Shown here piece after piece: positions 11,283-23,200 of a stretch of DNA of 64,000 bases. Position 1 is the stretch's first letter. Each line of letters starts with the position of its first letter. The notes under the pieces are model-generated. The model was not told the DNA's origin. It did no database searches and saw only the letters and a program-made list of their open reading frames with translations. The position numbers and the translations under genes were made by a program. The stretch comes from Vitrella brassicaformis CCMP3155 (taxonomy: Eukaryota > Protista > Chromerida), in contig CDMY01000086.1 in the NCBI GenBank assembly GCA_001179505.1, forward strand, positions 1 to 64,000, written 5' to 3'.

Positions 11283-13857
11283 TGTTCCCTCTTCTCGACC
11301 CAATCGCGTCAGAGCGATGCCCACCCCCCCTGTCGTCACCTCATGCGCGTCGATTAGCATCGGCTCGGCACGGACCAGGAGAGGAAGGACAGCGTGGCCG
11401 CATCGATGTCGGCCGAGGCCGTCTATGATGCCGTAGCCGCCATGGCTGCCAACACAGATGAATAATGGTCCATCAGCAAGAAGCCTTGACATCGTCGACG
11501 TGCGTACCATTTTTGGAAGCCGAAGCTCTAGAGGGCCAGCTGGCTGTGAGCGGCTGATGGTGTGGCTTTTTGCACTGTTGTCTTTCGGCCTGTGAGTGAG
11601 GGATTCGGAGTGGGTGAGAGTGTGAGAGTGAGAGAGTAAGGGCATATTTGTTTCGTGTCAGTCGAGGGAAATATACTCGATATGCTATAGTGGCTGCGGT
11701 AAAACTATAGGACCTGGGGTCATTCACTCTTGTAGACTTCTCTGTTGACTACAGAGATGCTTAGGTCGACGTGACGCTTTTGGTAAGGTCGATGGGGCGA
11801 GATAAGGTGTAGGTGGCGTATGGCTTTCTGTGTGCGTGTGCGGTCACTTGGTACAAGCCCATGCATTGATTTTATACAAGAAGCGACTCTGTCGATTGCG
11901 GGTTTTTTCGCGGCACCAATTGGTGCACTCATTGATATGTTAAAGGGGTGCGAAGGGGACTCTCTCTTTCTCCCTGTGTGTCTGTTGGGAATGAGTAAGC
12001 CACTCATGCAAACAGACAGAGAGGGTGGTCCGTGTATGTGTCCATGTCTTGCGACGACGTGCGGTAGCGAGTGCACAATCGCGAGACCCTCATGCAATCA
12101 GTGAGCTGCAGTATCCTCGCAAATGAACAGGTGCTATCCAACATGTTTTTTCGCAGTGTAGGGTGTTTGTTTCGGCAGCTTTGTGGCATGCAATCACTGA
12201 TGGGCGTGGCGTTCTTATGATCAGCGACAGCTACATAGACGCTTGATCGGGCTGTGGGTGGACACGGCGGCTTCCAGCGGGCTGAGTTTTGGGCTTGTCT
12301 GTGTGTCTGTGTGTGGGTCTGTGTGGAAGGGTTGAGTTGTATTGTGTGTTGCGCACCGACTGTGACCCGTTCAAATGCCCTCATGCAGTCTACTACCAGG
12401 GTGTGCTCACTGCATGTGTGAGCTGCCTGGAGTTTTGTCCTGTTGTGAGAGTGAATGTCGCTCTACACTGACTGAGAGGGAGAGAGGGGCGGGATGGGGG
12501 TGGGGAGGGTGTGTGGGGGCATTTCAAGGTGTGGGATGTTTCCATGTCCTGGGTGACACTGACACTTCTATGTATCTAAATCATTCATCCCATACGGTTG
12601 ACGGATCCGATCAGATGCACAAAAAGACACACACGAATGAAGGCCATGGGTGGTTACTCCGGTGGTCTTGTAATGTCTGTCAGTCTGCCTGCCTGTAGCA
12701 TGATACACAGAGTGCCATGCAGCACAGCTGCATGATCCTCCATGGGAACGATCAGGCTCTCTCTCGAGAGGCCTTCACGCCACGGGCGGCTCGCAACTTG
12801 CTCTCCTGAAAGCACGTAGGTGCCAACGCGTCAGCAGCCTCAAGGCGGCAGGAGGCGTACATGTGCGTTGTCGGTGAGTGCTTACGAGCATGCGAATGAG
12901 TCCATTGCTGTGGGTGTCCTTCCGTCTGAGTGCACGGTCGATGGCCGACGCAGCGATCCGCACCTGAGGCTGCAACCTGGGCTCGTCATCGGCACAGCAA
13001 AGGTCAAACGACACACCATCACCTACACACATACATACATCCATACGAGCAGGCGTGTCGCACTCTCTCTGTTCCTCCATTGTCTTACCGTCATTGCAAG
13101 CCGCTGCAGGTCTCGGTGCTGTGTTGTTGTCGATCTCTTGTTTTTTCTTGGCAGGTGGCTTGGCAGGCCCGCCACCCGGACACTTCACACCACCACCACC
13201 AGCAGCAGCCACCTGCACACAGACACGAAGAGAGGCGTCAGATGGAGGTTGTCGGCACTTCTATCTATCTCACCTTTGTCGGCTTGGCCTTCGTGCTGCT
13301 GACTGGCGGCCCGAGACTGACGCCTAGATCCTCCCAGTTAAGTGAAGGCGACTCGAGCCAGTCATGCAGGAGGTCGCCCTGGCCGCGCTTGTGCACCCGG
13401 GGGGAGGGTGGGAGGGGTGGGCGAGGCTGCTGGCGATGCACTGATAGATAGGACAGAAAGAACACAGAGACGATTGATGGTCACATCAGCGTGGATGGAT
13501 GGATGTGTCGTGTCGTGTGTGTGGCGGCTGTCACCCCGATGGACACAGGGGCTCCAGGAAGCGCAAGCACGTTTGCATCCCGGCAGCTGCCTCGGATGCA
13601 GGCGGCCGCCCCTCATCGCCGAAGTCGACGCATGTGTCCTCGGGCTCACCATCAGCAGGGCTATTCAGGCGCCGCTTCTTTGCCATTGTCAGCTGCACAC
13701 ACAAGGCAAATCATTCTACTGTGAGCCAGCATAGCAGACAGAGATCTGCTTACACATTTCAACGCAGAAGATCTCGTCGGCTTCGAGAGCACTCACTCCT
13801 CCGATGCGCCCGGGACCGGGGTCATCCATGCCGCCTTCAAAAAGCCACAAACTGAGG
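11283..13857. repeat. Tandem segmental duplication, copy 2 (pairs with 1-2587)
   Basis: Colinear with 1-2587; homology stops at ctgagga, about 430 bp before the glucan synthase start codon. Confidence 0.95.
12752..13757 (-). pseudogene. Second copy of the small spliced hypothetical gene, with an early frameshift/stop
   Basis: ATG T|GTAAGC at 13757. Exon 2 reads SDNGKEAAPE* because of a net 11-nt deletion versus copy 1. Later exons (LLHDWLESPSLNWEDL; GGGPAKPPAKKKQ; RLQPQVRIAASAIDRALRRKDTHSNGLIRML) are conserved. Confidence 0.55.
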
Positions 13858-14291
13858 AAGAAAGCTTCACAGCCTGCAAGCTAGAAATCCGCGATGTCGA
13901 GAATCTTCAATAACGCCCAACGGCCGGGCTGGCCAGAGGGGAAGCAGCAGCACCTCCCTAACTGCAGAAGCGAAGAAGGCGAGGGCCTTTCTGCTCTGCT
14001 CGAAGCGAGGCACATTTAGTGCACAGGTTGTGCTGCTTGGCTGACCGACGGGAGGAATGGCTGGCTTGAGGCTCGGCTCAATGTGAGCGCTGCGGGCCTC
14101 TATATACACATCTATACTCTCTCTACCTCTGCGCTGCGCCGCCGCCCTTGGGCTGCCTCCCTGCTCGTGGACATCTGCGGCTGGGACGAAGAACACCCGA
14201 CCCACCCAAGTGTCCTCTCTCTCTCTCTCTCTCCGCGTACATACGCCCATTTGTGATGCCTCCGTATTGAGTGTAAGCGACCGCGGAGAGG

Positions 14292-17200
14292 ATGGCGCAG
14301 AAGAAGGTGGTGCAGCAGGTGCCGCCCGGCTCCTGGCTGACGTGGCCCGAGAGCGAGACGACCAAGCGCAACGTCATCGACCTCTTCGACGGCCATCTGC
14401 TGAGCGAGGGCCTCCCATTGGTCCTCAAGAACGACCCCAAGGCCACACGGACGCAGCTCAACGAGTACGAGACAATCATACGCAACATCCTGCGGCTGTT
14501 CCGGACTGGCGGCCCAGGCAGTGACGGGCCCAGCCGTGGCACAGTGGGTGAGAAGGAGTGCGGCCCTGTGTCGTATGGCGGCCGTGTGGGGGGCTTCACG
14601 AGCGGCACGACGGTGTTTGACGAGATTGTGCACAAGTACCGGCTGCAGGAGGACAACTGTTTGAACCAGTACGAGGACATCGTCTACTCGCTCATGGCCA
14701 TCGCACTCAGAGACTACCCCCCGACCAACGAGGTAGGTGGCTGTCAGCCATCCATCCACACACCAAACACACGGAGGGAGGATGGGTATGTGGTTGTTTG
14801 TGTGTGTTGGTTGGTTGTCAGACAACGCGTGCGATGAAGGAGCGAGGGTTCAGTCGGCTGGAGGAGTATGCGCTGTATCGATTCCACTGGAAGCTCTTCA
14901 AGAACTACCGCAGGTGGTGCCAGTACGTCGACGTCAGGCCCTTCCCCTGGGGCGAGAGCAAGGCCACCACTGCCAAGCCAGCCACCAAGGGCGCGGCCAC
15001 CGGCACGCAGCAGGGTGCATCGGGAGGTGCATCGGGGTCCATGGCAGCATACCTGAAAGAGAAAGAGAAAATGAGGAAAAACCCAAAGACATCACTCAGT
15101 GAGTAGTGACACAGGACGCGCATCGAATGGATGGCGGCAGCACAGTGTGTGTGTGTGTGTGTGGTTGGGTGGATGTCTGCAGTGTTGATGGCGCGTGAGG
15201 TGGCGTTGTGGAAGTTGATGTGGGGCGAGTCAGCGAACCTGCGTCACTGCCCGGAGCTGCTGCTGTTTGTGTTCCACTGGATGATGAAGAGCTGGGACGA
15301 CGTCGACCCCACCAAGATGCCCACATACGTCGAGACCATCACACCGGTCATCAACGAGTTCTGGGAAGAAATGCGGTGAGTGCGTGTGCCGCAGTGACCA
15401 CACAGACAGACAGACAGACAGACACCCGCCCATTTGTGCGTGTTGTTCCATCCATCCATCGATCAGTCGTGCCTCTGGTGACCATCCCGTCAAGATGAAC
15501 TACGAGGACTTCAACGAAATATTTCACAAGGCCCCGGTGGTGCACAGGTGGCTGGGCGGTGTGGGCGAGAGGGGCCGCGGCGGCACCTGGAGGGGCAACT
15601 TCATGGAGATGATCAAGGCAGAGACCACCTCACACCAGTTCCTCAGCCTGCAGCCGCCTAAGGGACGGAAGAAGACCTACATCGAGCAGAGGAGCTACCT
15701 GCACGTACGCACCGTAGCCAGCGAGACAGACAGACAGACAGAGAGACCTCGAGGCACCCAGACACATGAGGGACGGACTGTTTGTGTTGTCCGGTCAGTT
15801 CTTCCGCACTTGGTGGCGGTACTATCAGTTCAACCTGGTCACCCTGTTCATCAGCCTGGCATACGGAGCGCAGAACAGAGGTGTGTGCGTGCGTACGTGA
15901 GTTGGTTGGTGATCCGTTCATCGATTCACACGCACACACACACTCGGTGTGCCTCCCTCCCTCGAACGATCAGGATGGGACGCGACAGGATGGTGGGGCA
16001 TGGTCACCGTTTGCGCAGCCACAGGCAGTGCCGTGCGGGAGATGTTTGACCTCTTCTTCTACTGGCTGGCGCCCATACCCCTTCTCCAGCGGTGCTACGA
16101 CGCCATGGAAGGCATGAAACGACTCAACTGGTGAGAAGAAACAAACAGAGACATCGTGCCCACTACACCCATCTCCCTCTCTCCCTCTGTGTGTGTGTAT
16201 GTGTAGGTGGGCGCGTCAGATCATGGCTGGCATTCGGTGGGCGTTGTTCCTGGCGGCCGTGTACGTGAGCCGCAGCAGCCCTCTGGGGTGCAGCGACCCC
16301 GCCCTGCAGCCGTCGGGCTACGTCGGCGGGGCCTGCTTCATGTTCTACGTCCTACACGGCCTCTCCTACTTCCTCATACGCGTGCGCAAGACCCTGCCGT
16401 GCTGGCAGAACGGGCCGCCCACGTGGAACACACACGCGACTTTCCAGGGCAACGCTACCATGCTCAGCGACGAATACAAACACATGGTGAGGGAGGGAGG
16501 GAGAGGGGGGAGGGGGGAGAAGGGATGGATGGATGTGTGTGTGTGTGTGCGTGTGTGTGTGGCGCAGTTTGGGTATGCCTTGTTCTGGATGCCGGTGTTG
16601 TGTTTCAAATGGTGGATTGGCTACCACGTCTTCGTGCGGGCCTTCCTGGACCTCCTCTTGCCCATGAACCAAAGTGGCAGCGACCCCATCCGGTAGGCAA
16701 GCTGGCGGGCCGTGTGGCGCGTACCATGTCATGGAATGTGTGTGTGCGTGTGTGTAGGTATGACTTCCTGGGATATGAGATCAACGACAGGGTGAAGGTG
16801 ACTCTATACGTCTTCTGGATCTCGCCGTGCATGGTGCTATACTTCTACGACATCATGGTCAGCCCGGTCGTGGATAGACAGACACTGGGAGGAGCCTCGC
16901 CACGTGCGTGTCTTCATGTTGTGTGTGCATTGGTCAGTTTTACTTCTCGGTGTTCCAATCCTTCGTCAGCTGGTGCATCGGGTGGTTCAGAGGGGTAGGT
17001 CGGTCGGCCAGGCCATCAATGCGCCCACGTGCCATGTGTGTCCGTCGTGTGTCAGATCGGCTTCATCACCGACCTCTCGGTCATCCAGAAGGTCTTCCCT
17101 CTACTGCCTTTGCAGGTACGTGTGTGCGACGACTGAATGGCCGCACCAGCCCACACTCTCTGTTTGCTCTCAGTATGACCGTGTGTTGTCTACTGATGCG

Positions 17201-20200
17201 GGCGGGACCGTCCGCAAGCTCAAGCTGGCCACCACCTCCTCCCCCAAGACGCTCGGCTGGGACTGGCTCGTCAGCGTCATCACCTGCAACATGTGCTGCG
17301 GCGTGTTCCAGCGGAAAATCCGGCGAAAGGTCAAACCCACATCATACTACATGTGGGTGCGAATGAGATCTGTCCATTCACATGGATGCGCACGGGAGCC
17401 GATCGCCTGTCTGTCTGCCTGTGCCTTCTCTCTCTGTGTGTGTGGGGAAATGAGCAGGTCTCACTCGCGCCCCCACTATGCGCTTCCGCTGCGGGCCCCC
17501 TCCCGCACCTGCAGCCGTCAGTCGAAGGCTTCATGCACCTCCAAGAAACGGGGCCCCCTCACCAAGAAGGCCACCTACTCGTCCCTGGCCTCTGACGGCA
17601 CCGACAGCCTCACGACAGTCCTCCTGCGTCACGTCCCCGTCTCGCCACGCGCATCGCACCTCATGCGGACCACCGCCAACGGCAGCTCCACGGCACCGCG
17701 GCGAGGCCTGTCCTTGCTGCACGGACAGGCCTCCAATGAGGGCGACAGCTCAGTGTCCCCCAAGGCATCGACGGCCGACAAGACGCCGCCCAGTGATGCT
17801 GGAGGTGGTGATGGCACGGTCCCCCTTCTGCAGAAGAGCAGCACCTCATCCAAGAGCCCGGGGGCTGTGGAGCAAGGTCAAGGGTCCGGGGTGTTCTCAC
17901 CGGGTGGCGCGAGGCTGTCGAAGGGGGGCGGGTCGTCGGGCAGCGACAAGGGCAAGGGCAAGAGGGGCTTCTTTCTCATGGACGGCAGTGGCAGCGGCTG
18001 GGTGTCCTGGTGGATCCGGGAGATATCTGCCGTCTACGACCACGTCATCCCCCCAGCCACGGTGGAGAACCAGATAAGGAGGTTCGGCTTTCTGTGGAAT
18101 GAGGTGCTGGAGTCGTGGCGCGAGGAGGACCTCATCGACAACACAGAGAGGTGCAAGCTGCAGTTCAACGAGCTGCCGGCCATCCACTTCAAAGACCTCA
18201 GCGTATGGACAGTGAACTGGTGGACGGCAGGTGGGCCATGTCTCTCTCTCTCCTCTGTGTGTGTGTGGTTGTCAGGATTTGAACATGGCCTTCTCTGACT
18301 GTGAGGGTTCCAGCCTGCGTGTGTCGTGGGATGCTTCCGACATCCGCCACCCCGTGTGGGTCTACTGCGACGTCCTCAAGAGCTTCACCAGAGAATGCGA
18401 GGCACATCAGACACGCGTCAACGAGATATGGGAGAACCTCAGGGTGAGCGACCCACCCAGCACGACACACACCACCAACACACAGACCAGCACATCATGT
18501 GGTCTGGTATGTCTGTCTCTCCCCCTCTCTCCGTTCCCAGGACCACCATCGGTTCAGCAAGGAGTCCCACCACTATCTCCACGAAGTTCTGAAGCTGCCC
18601 CCGCCCACTTCCACCCCATCCCGCCTTCGTTGGCCAGGCCCCACGGTCAACCACAAGGCCAAGGCATCGCTGCACCAGGTCGGGCACGACTTCGTCAAGA
18701 AGCTGTTCGGCAACACCAGGGCCGCCGTGGGTGACCCCCGGTCGGACAGCCACCAGTTGCTGCTGCGGATGGCGCTTCTCGAGATCTACGAGGCGCTGTG
18801 CCTGTACCTGACGCGATTCTTCCCGGACGGACACACTCTTACCTTGCGGCTCAGCGCCGTCATGCAACGGGTGAGTGGGCGCACCATACACGGTGATCTC
18901 CGCTGTCTCCATACCTTCGTGTCAACTTTTCAGGTTGCGAGTCATCCGTTCTGTCTGTGTCTGCTGAACCTGGCTGCCGTGAAAGACCTCCAGGCCACCC
19001 TGGCCACCACTTTCGCAGCGGCGCAGGGCGACAACGCGGCTGCGATAGAGGAGAATGGCGTCAGACTGCTCAAGGCGCTTCAGAAGATGGCCCTGCCGGC
19101 GCTGTTCCACACGCCCGGTTCGTCCGTGCTGGCCTCCAAGGGCATGAAGCAGCACTTCCCCGAGCTGGTGGACTTCCTAGAGGCCCTCAGCGAGACCACC
19201 GCCGCGCGACAGTCCCTCAAGTCGATGGTGGCGAGCCCCCTCCTCTCCTCTCGTCCCCCCGATCGCGACAACTCGTCCAAGGCCGACACGCCGGCGGTGT
19301 CGTCCACCCACCCCCACAGCGACCCCGCCTCGCCCCCATGCTTCACCACCCCACACGGGACGCCCAGCTTCGGCAGCTCGAGACACACCACCATGTGTGA
19401 GGACGACACACCGGCCTCCAGCATACAGTCCATCCGCGACCCCAGGGTGTCCGGCCCGTCTGCCGCCGCACACAGGAGGCAGAGGCCGCCACTGCCGCCT
19501 GGGGGTGTGGGTGGGGGGCCGGGGACCATGTGGATGAGGATGGACTTGGCTGCTGAGGTGGCCTACTGCGACAAACTATGGCGGCTGGAGGAGCTGCAGG
19601 AGGGCGTGTGCTCCAACGATCAGCTGACGGTGTCGGAGGCGCTGAAGCCCTTCTTTCGACGCTCCAACCGGATCCTCACAGCCAAGGGACACGTTCTTAA
19701 GACCGCACTCGCGCAGGCCAGGTACTTCCGATTCATGACACACACGCGGAGAAAGTTCTAGGCTGAAGTGAGAGTGTGTGTGCGTGTGTGTTGTATGTGC
19801 AGGTTGAAGTATTTCTCGAGCTCGCTGTTCATGGAGATGCCCGAGGCGCCCAGCGTGCAGCGGATGGTGTCCATGTGCACCTTCACACCCACATACACGG
19901 AAGACGCCATGCTCGACGCCAGCGTAACCACCACCCGACACACATCCATCCATCCATATGTCTCTCTCTCTCTCTGTGTCCATGTGTGTGTGGGTGTTGG
20001 GATTCAGATGTTGAACGAGAAGACCATGGAGGGTGTGCGTCAGTTCGATTTCCTCCGCACCATGTACTGCCAGGAGTGGGCCAACTTCCTCGAGAGAATG
20101 GACCCACAGGGGGTGCGCTACGACTGGTACCAACACAGCCTCGCACACAAGAACGTCCTCAGCAAGAGCACCAACATCATGGCCGCCAAGTCAGCAGCAA

Positions 20201-23200
20201 CCAGAGCAGACAACTGACTAAGTGGCTGATGCACATGGGTGTCTGTCTGTCTGGTGTGCACACACAGGTTCGAGAAGGACATAGAGGAGTGGGCATCTGA
20301 ACGCACACAGACCCTCTGGCGCACACTCAAGTCCGTCATGTACTACGAACAGGCCTGCAGAATGCTGGTCAGCACAGCACAGCACAGCACACACACCCTC
20401 TCCCCCCTGTGTTGTGTGTGTCACGTCACTGCATTCTCTCTCCCCTCTGTGTCTTCTGTCTGTAGGCGTGGATGGAGTTGCAGGAGCAGCGGGGCGAGAC
20501 GGCCCACCTGTGCCACGACCGCAACATGCTCTCCTTCGAGCAGAACGACCGGCTCAACTGGACGCTCGTGCCAGTGCAGCCGGACAGCCCCAAGAAGCTG
20601 CAGGTCTTCCTGCGGTACTGGGAACGGTGCCGCGAGCGCAGGAAGGTCCTCGACAACAGGCCCTACGACAACGACCCTGTTGCCAAGGTAAGACGACAGA
20701 CAGACAGACAATCCTTCTCTCTCTCTGTTGGTGATGGATCCGATCCCTTCATCTCAGGCCCTGGCCACTCTCCGTTTCCAGTACGTGTTGACGGCCCAGA
20801 CGCTGGGCGACGACCTCAAGGCCCCTTCGTCCAACCGAGTGGCCACGCTGCGTGTGCGTTGCGTGACCGAGATGTGCAAGCGCTACCCCAGCATGCGTGT
20901 GGCGGCCATCGAGAGCTGCGACATCCGGCTACCCGGCTCCAACAAGCCCAAGAGCGTCAAGTGCTCGGTGCTCTACAAGTGGGACGTGGGGCAGCAGAAG
21001 CTCGTGAGGGTCTACAGGGTGGTCCTGGGGCTGCTCGAAGGCGCCTGTGGCGCCAGGTGAGTGTAGGATGACCATAACAGGACACACATGTGCCGCGTGT
21101 CTGTCTGGGTGGCTTGTGACAGGAATCCCATTGTCGGCGAGGGCAAGAGTGAGAACCAGAACCATGCGATCATCTTCACTCGCGGGGAGACCATCCAGGC
21201 CATCGACATGAACCAAGAGATGTACCTCGAGGAGGCCCTCAAGCTGCGGAACCTCCTGCAGGAATTCGCCAAGGACACCAAGATGGCCATTATGGGATTC
21301 CGCGAGCACGCCTTCCTCCCCGGCGCAGTCACCCCCTCGTACCTCTCCAACGTGCAGCAGACGTGCTTCACGGCCTTCGACGCGCGCGCCTTCCACATGC
21401 CGATGCGCATCCGGTTCCACTACGGCCACCCTGACGTGTTGGACCGCTACCTCGTCAAGACGATGGGCGGCATGAGCAGGGGCAGCGCCATCATCAATGT
21501 GACGGAGGACGTCTACTGCGGCATGAACTACGTGCAGAGGGGATACTCGTCCGCACAAGTCGACTACATCATGGTAAGGAAGGAGACACCCAACATCACA
21601 ACACGACTACGGCCACTCACATGGATGGATGGATGCCCCCCATCTGTCGCTCTAATTTCGTGTGTGTGCAGTGTTCCAAGGGCTGGCCGAACGACCTCGA
21701 TCAGGTGGTGGCGTTTATGCGGAAGATAGCCACAGGCAGCGCCGAGGCGCAGGCGGCCAGCCGGGACGCCTACAGGATGGCCTACGGGATGGACTTCTTC
21801 CGCCTCTTGTCGCTCTTCGTGGCCTTCCCGGGGTGGAACATCCTCAACCCGCTGGTCTTCCTGTCCATCTGGCTCTTTATGTATGGTCGCATAGTGCTCT
21901 CCGCCTTCTCATGTAAGCGACCGACCGAGCAACGACGAGAGAGACACATCGATGGGATGGGTATGTGTGTGGGTGTGTGTCCAGCTGCGATACCTGTGCT
22001 GCTGCAGCCCTTCCTGGTGTCGGAGGAGCTCAATGCCGTCACCATCATGGACCGCGTGTGGCTGCTCCTCTTCGCCATCTCGTACCTCAAGTACCCCACA
22101 CACCAACACACACCACACACAACCACACGACGCCCAGGAATCTCATGGACGCGTGTGTGTGTGACCCCGTGCACCACATCAGGTTCGGCGCCATGGTAGC
22201 TCTAGAGGAGGGTCTTGCCGGCGGCATCAGACACATGTGGCACCACATACGGGCTCTGTCGCCTCTCCATTACACTTTCACAAGTGCGCCGCGCCCTCTG
22301 GCCGACCAGACGGACACAGAGAGACACACGAACGAACAGATGGACACCCCCCGACTGACTGACTCTCTGTTGGTGTGCAGTTGGCACGTGGCTGGGCAGC
22401 TTTGACGAGACAGTGCTGTTCGGCCGTGCGAAGTACCAGAGTGCCGGGCGAGGGTTCAACATCAACCACAAGACGTTCGTTCACCTGTGGAAGGCCTACT
22501 TCTACTCCCACTTCCAGCTGGCCATGGAGCTGCTCCTGCTGCTCTTCTACCTACGCGTACGAGTCGAGTGTGCATGCCATGCGTATCGTTTGTCGTCTGT
22601 CGAACAATGAATGCCATCCCGCTCCCTCTGTGCGTGTTTGTGTGTGGTTGCCGATTGATTGCAGTTTCTGCAGGACTTGCAGCCGATGGTGGCCATTCGG
22701 TGCTGGTGGTTCATCCTGGTGCCCGTGTCCTTCCTGTATGTGCCGCATCTCTACAACCCCATGGGCCTTGCTTGGAGCAGACTCACATCAGACTTCACCG
22801 GGTGGTCCAGATGGCTCAGATCGAACGTAATCAGTGCAGTGCCCCCATCCATCCATCCACCACACACAACGAATGTGTCTCATGTGTCTCGTGTGTGTGT
22901 GTGTGTGTGTGTGGTCAGAACAACCATGACGTCGAGGAGAGCTGGTACGCCTGGTGGAAGCAGCAGATGGAGTTCCGCAACGGCGCATCCCCGCTCAACA
23001 AGATCATCATCCTTACAAGAGAGCTGCGCTTCCTTCTGCTCGGGCTCTGCATTGCCAAAGCCGCCAACTGGTGAGCCAGCCGGGCACACGCACACGCACT
23101 CCTACACACCTACACACATGAGCCATGGGTGTGGATGCAGGCATTGGTACCACTTGGTGACCTCCCCTGGTGGCGCAGGATGGTCGTGGGCGTGGGAGAG

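Larger units (their letters stand above)
2730..11465 (+). pseudogene. Multi-exon receptor-like gene: signal peptide + plant-type LRRs + Cys-rich (ephrin-receptor-like/GCC2-GCC3) repeats + multi-pass TM domain; disrupted
   Basis: Leader MMILPSVVCISLFSSLVACA. LRRs such as LSRLEWLDLSDNKLSGELP. Cys-rich CTKCPAGTYS..CKQCPA and CNRCKAGFS..PCVPC. TM region with GFLYVGYRKNLYYWD and PFD...NRSE. Lesions: in-frame TGA 5683-5685, frame change near 6605, apparent CAG>CAC acceptor at 4399-4401, TAG 11355-11357. May be a chimera of two paralogs across the N gap. Confidence 0.75.
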
